DNA from: Octopus sinensis
Lineage: Eukaryota
NCBI RefSeq assembly: GCF_006345805.1
Contig: NC_043003.1
Coordinates: 24,738,001-24,802,000 of the forward strand
Reading direction: 5' to 3'
Length of the DNA stretch: 64,000 bases
This document shows positions 53,021 through 64,000 of the stretch, piece by piece. The translations under genes and the position numbers were made by a program. A model generated the notes under the pieces. It made no database searches, was not told where the DNA came from, and saw only the letters and a list, made by a program, of their open reading frames with translations. Each line of letters opens with the position of its first letter. Positions within the stretch are counted from its first letter, which is position 1.

Positions 53021-53400
53021 GCTGGTGGCACATAAAAAGCACCATCCGAACGTGGCCGATGCCAGCGCCGCCCCGACTGGCTCCTGTGCCGGTGGCACAT
53101 AAAAAGACCATCCGAACGTTGCCAGTGCTGCCTTGGCTGGCTTCCATGCCACTGGCACCTTAAAAGCTCCATCCAATCGTGATCGATGCCGGACCCCCCC
53201 TGGCACCTGTGCAGGTGGCACGTAAAAAGCACCCACTACACTCGCGGAGTGGTTGGCGTTAGGAAGGGCATCCAGCCGTAGAAACTCTGCCAGATCAGAC
53301 TGGAGCCTGGAGCAGCCCCTGGCTTCCCAGACCCCGGTCGAACCGTCCAACCCGTGCTAGCGCGGAAAACGGACGTTAAACGATGATGATGATGATGATG
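53021..53400 (+). mobile_element. Young RTE-tail SINE copy inserted in (TA)n
   Basis: Intact CpGs, internal tggcac(a/g/c)taaaa subrepeats about 50 bp apart, (GAT)n tail, and (TA)n on both sides. Confidence 0.85.
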
Positions 53401-54128
53401 ATATATATATATATATATATATATAAAGTATTTGGTATTTGGAAGGGCAACCAACTGTAGAAACTATGCCAAAGCATAGATATTAGCCATTAGAACTTGA
53501 TGCAGTCTTCTGGTTTGTCATATCCCGTCGACCTGTCCAACCCTTGATAACATGGTGGATGGGTGTTGAACAATTATGTTGCCAATTAATGATGACAGTG
53601 ACAATAGTGATTCCTTAAAGAATGTGACAGAACTGACAAACATTGAAGCACTTCCAATTCTAATAAATCTTTGCAAATAAAACATAGCTGTAGGAAATAT
53701 ATTTATCTGTATAATTATGGCATTAAAATTCCCTCTCAGAGAATGTACAAATCCAAATATAAATATAAGTTAATGTTCTAATAAAACAAATTTAATGGAG
53801 GTAACTAGAGTGTTACTGTGCCAAACTAAATGCTTCATGCCATTCTGTTTTGTTTCTCCAGATTCTGAGTTCAAATCCCACCAGTGTCAAATTTACTTTC
53901 TTTCTTTCAAGGGTTGATAAAATAAATAGCAGTAATATACTGCTGCTACAGTAATCAACTACATTCTTAACTGTAAACAAAATGGTCTTATGTCTAAATT
54001 AGTAACTAATATTCAGCCAGATTTAACTCTGCTAAGGATGTCATTGCCACCACCAATGACAGAATATCAACCATCTGTCTTATCCTGCAGGTTGTCTGTC
54101 ATTCTAGTAACTGACTTACTTAGCTTAA

Positions 54129-54346
54129 CCCTTTAGCATTCAGATTACTTCATCAAATGATATGTTTATTTATTCACATTCTTTTGAATTCAGCATGTAA
54201 TATCTTGTACCTTCACGATTTCAAATGACATGATTATTTGTTTTTGGAATGACATTGTAAGGTAAGTGTGAAAGGCCAGATGTGGCTGATTTAAACTTAA
54301 GGTAGAATATTTTAGGCCAGATATGGCCAGTTTAAATGCTAAAAGG
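54129..54346. mobile_element. piggyBac-like MITE, second family
   Basis: TTAA|CCCTTTAGCATT...AATGCTAAAAGG|TTAA. Related copies at 44160-44377 and 63254-63440 (inverted), and a fragment near 9040-9085. Confidence 0.85.
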
Positions 54347-55477
54347 TTAAACCTTCCTTCCCTGTGGAGCATAACCCATGAACAGCTTGTCTCCTTTGTT
54401 CTCAACTCCGGGTTGTCTTTCTTCTCCTAAGTCCTCTTGGTTTTAAATTGTCATTGATGTTTCTATAACTTTGCTTTTTGTTATTCCAGGTAGGAATATT
54501 GGCCCCTACACAAAACCATTTTTAACTCTGAGAAAATAAGGTCCATATTAGTCTGGCATTTATTCTTTGACTTGTCCAGCATGGGAGGCCCCATCAGGAG
54601 CTTGTACTCTGCTGGTATTAACTCTCAGAGGCAATGAATCTCACAAGCCACCACACCACTGCAACTACTGGATGCTGCGGTGGATTCTAGTGATTTGGCT
54701 TTGTCTAACTCTAACCATTCACAGTTGTCTACTTAGTCACTGTCTTGCTAGATATCTTACTTTTTATCTGTCTGGGTAAAACATCCTGCCATTAAATTAC
54801 AATCTCAGTTGGAAGCCTGAACAAAAAAGATGTAATTTAATATTTTTCTAAACATATTTTATTGTAAAAGGATTGAGATGTCTGGCATTTTGCTATACTC
54901 AAGAAAACCCATCCATCCGCCACAGCAGAATTAATACCAGTGTTAGAGCCACATAAAAAGCACTGGTATTGGTGCCATGTAAAAAGCACCCAGCACATTC
55001 TGTAAAGTGGTTGGCATTAGGAAGGGCATCCAGCTGTAGAATCCATGCCAGTACAGGTGGAGCCTTGCATAGTTCTCAGGGAGATTCGGCATGACACAGG
55101 ATGTGACAAGACTAGCCCTTTGAAGTACATGTCCAACTCATTTTTGCCAACTGAGTGGACTGGAGCAACATGAAATAAAGTGTCTTGCTCAAGGACACAG
55201 TGTGCCACTAGGAATCGAACTCATGACCTTATAATTGTGAGCCAAATACCCTAGCCACAAAGCCATGTGCCCTCGCAAAGTTAAATCATAATTATTGCAT
55301 GTATACTGTATTTTCCTGGTATTACCCCTGATGGCAAAAGTCTACTTAAAGTTAGCCATCATATGACTGGTTAAACTCATAGAATTATAATGTCTAATAT
55401 CAATTATAAAAAGAAATTCATGCATATACAAAGGAAATGATAATTTCTAATATTTTTTTTTATTTTCTATTTTCTAG

Positions 55478-56150
55478 AGATCCCAGCAAGAACCGGTTGT
55501 TGTCAGATGATGAAGATTCTTGGGGAAGCTGGGGCGCTGGAGACTGGCATCCCGGAGAAAGCAATGTTAGCAGCAATAGTGGCAGCACAAAGGCCCAAAG
55601 CCCTCTAACGGACATTTCACAAGACAACCCTGCAGCTAATGCTGCTGCAAAAAAGAATGAGATGAATGAGCTGGAGAAATGGCTGAACGCTGGCCAGCTG
55701 GATAATGACAGCCCGAAAACAAGGGCCAGTAAAACGCCGTCCAAGAAGTCAGATTTTATTTCCGATTGGGACGATTGGCAAATGGGTGGCTCAAAGGGCT
55801 CTGCCTCACCTGCTTCGTCTACCAAGTCAGCTTCCACTATAGAAAGCCCAGCTTTGAGTAGCAAGAAGAAGACAACCCCGTTGACAAAACCACAGCAAAA
55901 TAAGATCCCCAAAAACCCCACTGCTTCTGCTGCTGCAGTCCCAGGCTGTTACGAGGCCTCCGACTGGAATAATGAATTCAGTGTCAAACAGAATGAACCA
56001 CTCGTTGGTAATCTGGTGGACCTTGGTTCGGAGACAAGCACGGCTCAGGACAATTTTGGCTGGGACAATGAGGTGTGGGCTCAGGATAGTGATGATGAAT
56101 GGCAATCTCTTGAGACCAATAGTACTCCAAGTCGATCAAGAATTAAGTGA
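55478..56150 (+). CDS. ARFGAP1: ArfGAP1 terminal coding exon (R-DPSKNRLL...GWDNEVW...SRSRIK*)
   Basis: T-rich tract, then ttctag|A completes AG|A=Arg with the preceding phase-2 exon. 223 further codons to TGA at 56148-56150. GC-richer than flanks. GWDNEVW resembles the mammalian C-terminal GWDNQNW. Confidence 0.92.
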
Positions 56151-56663
56151 ATGGAACAGTTAATAGTTAACTCGTATAATGTGAATGACATGGGAAAGAA
56201 AGATTTAAGTTTCCTGTTGTTGATGTTGTTGTTCTTGTTGTTGTTGTTGTTCTTTATTTTTCTTCCTTCCCCCCTTTTCCTTCTCCCCTCCTTTCTCCTT
56301 CCGTCCCTCCTCCGTCTCTCCCTTGATTAAATAAGTCTAACATAATGGCAGAAATACAACCACCACCAACAAACACATTCCCACTAACACTATCATATAA
56401 TCACCACCACACTTTACACACACACACACACACATACTTCTTCAACATACATATAGGCATGCACATTCATGCATCTACACACACACACACACACTCCTAC
56501 CTCAACACATACATTTGTAAATCGACACACACATTCATACATCTACACAACTACATACATACATACTTTAGTAGCATTTTTGTTCAGAATATTTAATAAA
56601 CATACTAAACTTTAGAATAATTTGGATGCTATAAAACTGTGGAGATACACACTCACTCACACA

Positions 56664-56721
<58 letters not shown>

Positions 56722-57664
56722 AGGCAGACATTAAACAGTGATGATGATGATGATATATACATACATTGGGATGCAGATAATTATTTATACAAATTTGCAT
56801 TTGTGTATGTAACTGTCTGAAGTTCTAGGTGCATTTGTTCTGTGTATGTATAGGTATCATGTGTGAGAGTGGAGATAAGTATATTTGTGTATGTGTGTGT
56901 ACACATACACACACACATACCCGGGTATGCACACACATACTTACACACACACAGAATGAGGGAGAGAGGGGAGGTACTCCAGCATGACAGTCCCTGTAAA
57001 GGCTAAAACAAACTCCACAGGATATCATATTTTCTGGCATACAAGTTGAATTTTTCAGAATAAAAGTTACAGCCAAAAAAAGATGTAGGTCAACTTATGT
57101 ACCAAGATGAGTTTGGAGGACCAAAAATTCCATGTGAAATGCAACAAGATTTGGAACAACAGTGACTATGTTTGAATGTGTTAACACTATATACTACTAC
57201 ATGTGATGGCACGTAGCTTAGCAGTTAGGCTCACGGTCATAAGTTCATGAGTTTGAAAACTGGTGGCGCTGAGTATCCTTCAACAGGACACTTTATTTTA
57301 TGTTGATCCAGGCCACTCAGCTGCCAAAAATCAGTTGAGCAAGTAATTCAAAGGACCAGGGGCCAGTCTTGTCACATTCTGTGGTGTCACGCTGAATCTC
57401 CCTGAGAACTACGTTAAGGGTACACATGTCTATGGAGTGCTCTGCTACTTGCACATCAGTTTCACAAGCAGGCTGTTCTCTTGTTCAAATCAACTGGAAA
57501 CCTCGTCATCATAACCAATTGAGTGCCAGTCCAATATACTACATCAACTTCTGTGCCAGAAAATATGGTATTCTACGTCATAAAGGTTCAATATTGTTTC
57601 ATAAAAGTCACTACTCTAGTTTCATATCAACTGGCTGTCTTCAGATGGAACCAAGATATGTTTT

Positions 57665-57720
57665 AATAAAAAGAAAAATGAATTTATTCTTGACAGTGCT
57701 GTGAATTGGTTTGTCTCTTC
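57665..57720 (+). terminator. Candidate polyadenylation signal for ArfGAP1
   Basis: AATAAA at 57665-57670 with a GT/T-rich stretch (tgtgaattggtttgtctctt) about 30 nt downstream. Other AATAAA sites near 56595 and 57060 are alternatives. Confidence 0.25.
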
Positions 57721-57934
57721 AACTTCCATTGCCATTGTGTCTCTTGAGACTAGGCCTGTGTTTGTTTCTATCTTGTAGAATTTGTTGGGTTAAATGTTGA
57801 ATTGAAAATACTTCTTCACACCATCTAAGGGCTATCACCCAACCAGCTGATATGAGACTCTCTGTGTGTGCATGTGTGTGTAATTATATATGTATATATA
57901 TATATTCTTTTTTTTTTTATTCTTATATTTATTT

Positions 57935-58332
57935 CAATCATTTTACTGTGGCCATGCTGGAGCACCACATTGAAGTGTTTTTATCGAACAATTTGACACC
58001 AAGACTTATGTTTTTAAAGTCCTAGTAATGATTCTATTGGTCCCTTTACCAAACTGCTAAGTTACAGAGACGTAAACATGCCAGCACCAGTTGTCAAGCA
58101 ATGATGGGGGACTAACACAGACACAAAGACACACACGGACATATGATTGATTGATTCTAGTTTCAGCTCATGAGCTGTGGCCATGCTGGGGCACCGCCAT
58201 TTATATATATATATATATATACAACAGGCTTCTTTCAGTTTCCATCTACCAAATCCACTCACAAAGTTTTGGTCGGTGCGAGGCTATAATAGAAGACACT
58301 TGCCCAAAGTGCCATGCAGTGGGACTGAACCC
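57935..58332 (-). mobile_element. SINE, same family as 7289-7687 (degenerate)
   Basis: Tail ccatgctggagcacc and segment gcactttgggcaagtgtcttc on the minus strand. Confidence 0.7.
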
Positions 58333-58927
58333 AGAAATATATATATATGATAATCAGCTGCAGCAGAAGTTACAGAATGGCTCAAGGGTCAAGAGTCTAA
58401 TGTATTGGTACTTATCAAACTGGTTTCAGTTTCATAAGTATACCAATGCACAAAACTTCCAGCCCTTGAATTACTCTGTATGTAACTTCTGCCAGTTATT
58501 AATGATATATATGTAAAAGCATTTCATGCTATACTTAGAATACACACACACACACACACACATTTATACATACGTATATTTATATATGTATACATATACA
58601 AACACATGTGTATATGTGTGTGTGTGTTTTGAATTTATGAATGAGATAATGTTTTCAATTCATAATCTGAAGTTTATACCTATGACAATCTACTCAGAAT
58701 TCTGAGTAATGAGGGAAAGGAACCTTTAGCTTAAAGCATAAATATAAATATGTGTATGTGGTGGTGATGATGATTGAAATATATACAGATAAAAAATATA
58801 TCATCATCATCGTTATACGTCCGCATTCCATGCTAGGATGGGTTGGATGATTTGACTGAGGACTGGCGAACCAGATATTGATAGATAGATAACTGGATAT
58901 CTCTAAACACACATATATATATATGTT

Positions 58928-58983
<56 letters not shown>

Positions 58984-60004
58984 ATAATAATAATCAGGCA
59001 ATAATTTAGTAGCTCTGCATCAGCAAGACTTCAAAAAAATCTAGAAAAAAAGTGAAAGGGGTTGTGAACTTGCTGTGAGGAGTGGAATATCCAACGTTTC
59101 AGATTCAATCCTTTGTCAGGGGGCAGAGAGAAAGAAAAGGAAAAGAAAACTACCCCTTTCACTTTTTTTCTATATACCAACACACACACACACACATTAT
59201 ATTTATAATAGAATAATGAAGGCAAGGTGTACCATTCAGAATTTTCCTTTCTCTCTTTCTCACTCTACCTCCCTGCTCTGCCACCCCACTCTGCCCCCTT
59301 CTTCCTATCAACAACAACTCTTTAACAACAATGCCAACAACAACATCTTCCAATAGATTTACAAAATATTTAATTCGATACATCAGAACATTTCAGGGGA
59401 AGAGGGGTGTTGTTGTTGTTGGGTGTTTTTAGTAATTTTTTTTTTTCTTAATTTTAAATGTTCTATTTTTTATTTCCCCCTAAAGACCATTTCCTGTGAC
59501 TTGAATCAACCAATTTTCGTTTTTGACTTCTCGGCAGTATTACCATGAAAATGTATATAACACTTACACGATCACCCATCCACCCCAACCCCTGTTGACA
59601 AATGTGGTGACAATAATAATGATGATGACGATGGTGATGATGATGTTGATGATGATGATGGTAATAATAACGATGATGACGATGATAGTGGTGATGATAG
59701 CTAATTATATAATTGTAAAATTATATAATAAAATTGATAATAATTATACAATAAATATAATTTGCTCAAATAATTTTATAGGCTTAGAGAAAGCTAGAAG
59801 AAATTACTTCAGTGTGTGTGTAGATATATGTATGTATATGTTGATATGTATGTATCTGTAGATATGCATGTATATATACATAGATATGTATGTATTTGTG
59901 GATATATTTATATGTAGATATATATATATATGCATGTATGTATATAGATATGTAGGCATGTGTGTGTATAAATATATGTATGTATTATATATATACATGT
60001 GTGT

Positions 60005-60047
<43 letters not shown>

Positions 60048-60073
60048 TATTTATATATGGGTGTGTGTATGTG

Positions 60074-60108
<35 letters not shown>

Positions 60109-61230
60109 TAAATGTTGGTGATGATAAACCAGGTATATTATGCATTATCTACTGCTGGGTGGCCAACAATCAGTTTAGTTTCATTTGATGCAGTGATGAT
60201 GATTTTCTTTTTTTTTTCTTACTTATTAGTTCAAAGAGGTTATTGCCTATAATCAATTGAATCAACCTTAATATGTAACCAGTACTTCTTCATCAACCAG
60301 CCTCCCTCAACCTTCCTCTCCTTCAACCTGATCATTATTGTCCAAGAAAGCAGAACCTTCATGTTACAGTAGTGTTAGTTCCATGAGATATTAATGCAGC
60401 ATTGCTGCTAGTTCCACAGTATTGACCATTCCTTTATTATGATCATAACTAATTAAAGTGTTATTTGGGATTTTTGTCATCCTTCTCTGCCACCATTCCC
60501 CTCCATCCTTCCCGTCCATCCTCCCATCTCCGAATAATCCCCAGGTTTAGAATACACAAATGTTACTGTCCATTCATACCAACAGCATTAACAACAGCAA
60601 CACCACCATAATAAAATAATATAGCTGATTCGTTTAAAACTACCAATATGTTAATAAAGGGTAATTAGTTATTTGTTGTCTGAAAAAGAAACATTCTGAC
60701 CTCATGGAAACATTACTTGCTCATTATTTCATTTCAAAGTTATGTATATGTATGTTCTCTCTTGAAAGTTTATAAATTCTTATGATGTCAACGACATACA
60801 ATTCTCCCTGGTATGAATAAAGTTTCTAAACTGGATAGAAAAATTCAAAGAATTGGTTTGGTCCAATGGTAGGACATCTGTCATGTTTGCAGGAGATGTG
60901 GTTTCAAGTCCGATGGGCAGTGTTCTGACATTTTCTATCCAAAGAGGTTTTTTTTGTTTTTAAACCCAGTATTTACACAATATTGTTTAAAGTTTTATTT
61001 GCTTTGAGATTCATCATTCCAAAAAAGAATTGTGCATGTGTGTGCGTGTGTGTTTGGATTTATGAATGAGAGAGAAGGAAAATAGTTCTTAATACACACT
61101 TATTCATTTGTTTGAAACAGAAATCAGAAACTCCTCCAGTGTTTCTTTGATATTTTTACACTGACTGTATATGTATGTTTAGCTATGTATGAATGTGTGT
61201 GTGTGTCTGTGTATAAATATACATATATAT

Positions 61231-61267
<37 letters not shown>

Positions 61268-62003
61268 TCATACCATAAAAAGTCAGGAGGTAAGAGAGGT
61301 AAGTATATTTATTTAAGCACTCATTATCCTTAGGATTATGGCCTTTTGCAGCCTTCATCCTTTAATAATAATTTCAGTGTATAATAAATTACTTTACATG
61401 CCTGTACCAATATACATGCTATATATTGTATAATACAATTGGTGCATACATGTAAAATAATTTATTATAACCTGAAATTATTATTACATGATAAGGCTGC
61501 GAAACAGCTGTAACCTTAAGGATAACAAGTGGTTAAAGAAATTTATTCACCTCTCATAGCTCCTGACATTTTAGGGTTTATATACTCCTCATGAAATAAT
61601 TTCATTGATTGGATCTGGATTTCAGCTGCATAGATTTTTGCATTATACTCCTCCATTTTGGGTTAGTATATGGTATGATAGCCAGGTCCACTGGAGGAGT
61701 TCTCTATGATAGCCACATAATTCTATTAATCCATATATTATACTTCAAATTTATGTGTGTTTACTTAAAAGAAAATTTTGTTTTATGTTTGTTTTGCTAT
61801 GCAGGCATGGGGTAGATGAATATGTCATGGAACCAAATGGATGTGTTATAAACTACAGGTGCTATATAATATATATATAGAGAGAGATATATGATATAAA
61901 ACTCTATTCTGCTGGAGAGTCAAGCATTTTGGTATTTTACTTAACAAAAACAAACAAAGAGAAGCACCATCTAACTGTGTTATTTATGACACACACACAC
62001 ACA

Positions 62004-62073
<70 letters not shown>

Positions 62074-62099
62074 TGCACTCACAAACACTTATCCTCAGA

Positions 62100-62889
62100 C
62101 TAGCAGCATAGCCCGGCGTTGCCCGGGTATGTAAGAGCCCCTAGTAGGCAACGACTAATCCCAATCTAGTCCTTTCCCTCTAGGGAACGAAGGCGCATGT
62201 GTAGGTTGCAATGTTCTCTCTTCACTCGAATACTTCTGTGTATACGAATGTTCCTAGCTGTCCCTTTGGGCAATAAAAAGGTCGAGTTGTGTCCCCTAGA
62301 CAGTTTGTGTTTAATACACAAATCGGTTTGGTATGTGTGCCACATATGATTTAATTAACCGATTTTTTCCAGTAATAAAGTATCCTATTGGAATAAAAAG
62401 GGTCATATAGCTCCTTGGAGCAGACATGATGCTCACTGTGAATTTAAAAAAAAATTCCTGCCAATTTGTGAAAGATATTGTCAAAAAGATGTCATCTTGA
62501 ATTTGAACGCGATTTCCCAAAATGGCATGATTTTATCGATTTTTTCTGATGGTAAGGTATTGCATGGAAAACTAACATCAGAATTAAGTTTCTTAGGGTA
62601 ACATTAAGCTTCACCATGAGTTTGGTGAAAATCGATTGCAAGTTGCGAAAACTACAACAGAAAATGTGTTGCATATAAAAAGTTTAGATTCTCGACCCCA
62701 TGTCGAATTTATCGATTATTTTCAGAACTGGGGGAACTTTTCAAACTTTTCGCTGCATTAGTTTTGAATTATGACACTGGGCTATGTGTGTGTCAAGTTT
62801 CATCAGAATTGGTTGAAAGCCGTGGTCAGGGTGAGGGTACAACCTGACAGACACACAGACAGACAAACTGCCGTTTATATATAGAGAGA
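62100..62889 (-). mobile_element. Non-autonomous Helitron, apparently complete
   Basis: Minus strand A|TCTCTC...CTAG|T. GC hairpin cccgg-cgttgc-ccggg about 10 nt from the CTAG end; second stem gtcagg/cctgac at 62825-62848. Confidence 0.85.
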
Positions 62890-63456
62890 TTACCTTTCTT
62901 CACCCTCTGAAGAAGAAGCATTCAGACATGATGGAAACATTACTAGATTATTATTTCATTATATATTTTACTCTGAAATATTTGTGCTAGAGAAGTTATA
63001 TTCCTATACAGAAGATTTCAATTTTCCTGTTAGGTTCAGATGCAGTATTATTGAGTTGCTAGTTCTCTATAGACATTTGTTGCCAGTTAATTCTTTCAGG
63101 ATTCTGAAATTTTCAATTATTCTTAACAAAAGTCTCCTACAGTCTACAAATGGTTGGAACTGAAGTACCATGTATCAAATTTTTAGGAAAGTAAGATTTA
63201 CTAAGAATATATAGTCTAATTATCTATAGTTATTTAAATCAATATTTTTTAGCCCTTTAGCATTTAAACTGGCCAGATCTGGCTCAAGTATTCTACCGAT
63301 TTTATGCTCAACCTGGTCAGATCTGGTTTCACACCTATCCTACAGTGTCATTTGAAAAATGAGCAATCACATCATCAAAATTTTGAAGCTACACGATGTG
63401 AATAAATAAGCATTACATTTCAGAGAATAATCTGAGTTAAAATTTCCTTCTTCATT

Positions 63457-63781
63457 TAGTTTTATTTATTTATTTATGCGCCCTTTTCAAGCCTAGCCAG
63501 GCTCATGGGCCCGGTTTCCTGGTTTCTGTGGCGTATGTGTTCCCCCCAGCTGGACGGGACGCCAGTCCATCGCAGCGTTACCTAAAAAACAGGAAGAAAG
63601 AGTAAGAGAAAGTTGGAGGCAAAAGAGTACAACAGGGGTCGTCACCACCCCTTCCCGGAGCCTTGTGGAGCTTTAGGTGTTTTTGCTCAATAAACACACA
63701 CAACGCCTGGTCTGGGAATCAAAATCGTGATCCTCCGACCACGAGTCCGCTGCCCTAACCACTGGGCCATTGCGCCTCCAC
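63457..63781 (-). mobile_element. Composite SINE with 8-bp TSD
   Basis: TSD tcttcatt at 63449-63456 and 63782-63789. Head as in 40912-41203, tail as in 14418-14663. Confidence 0.85.
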
Positions 63782-64000
63782 TCTTCATTGAGTACTGATT
63801 CCCTAACTCTTTCTTCGCCACTTTTTTTAATAATGAGTTGATACTGGCTCCATCGTTCAAATTAAGAAAACAAGGGGCTTCAGTTTGTTTGATTTTGGTA
63901 TCAGTCCACCTGAAATTTCCTTTGGTTCTATAGGTCAAACTTACCTGTTTTAGAATGATCTAAATATAAGCTTTCCATCAAAGTTTCGTGTTAATTTATG

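Noticed and set aside
55460-56163. Overlapping ORFs 55460-55921(-), 55827-56105(-) and 55972-56163(+)
   Set aside because: Shadow frames of the real ArfGAP1 terminal exon.
60856-60925. tRNA-like segment with A/B-box-like motifs (also all SINE heads)
   Set aside because: No acceptor stem or valid anticodon arm; best read as a decayed SINE head, so no tRNA gene is called.

Overview
AT-rich eukaryotic genomic DNA, dense in microsatellites and short repeats. The repeat repertoire looks like a coleoid cephalopod, probably Octopus; this is inferred from recalled repeat families and was not searched. The only host gene I can support is the 3' part of ArfGAP1 on the + strand, with exons at 42274-42333, 49533-49592, 51743-51891 and a terminal coding exon at 55478-56150, all with canonical AG/GT sites and compatible phases. 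I found no upstream ArfGAP1 exons, so most of 1-42273 is probably intronic. That region holds a decayed gag-protease-only LTR retroelement (3665-6154), many tRNA-derived SINEs (several with intact TSDs), MITEs of the piggyBac, hAT and pogo/Tigger types, LINE and Penelope-like remnants, and a 31-bp minisatellite; two non-autonomous Helitrons lie at 16362-16758 and 62100-62889. Nearly all ORF-track ORFs are microsatellite or SINE artefacts. The best novel candidate is a pair of paralogous 60-nt phase-0 exons, both homologous to the exon starting the second ALPS membrane-curvature motif, suggesting exon duplication with alternative or tandem use. Other leads are an expanded Trp-acidic C-terminus, a frameshifted antisense mucin-like exon, a long foldback downstream of the stop codon, and inverted SINE pairs that could form dsRNA. 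All alignments were done by eye and all homology calls are from memory.
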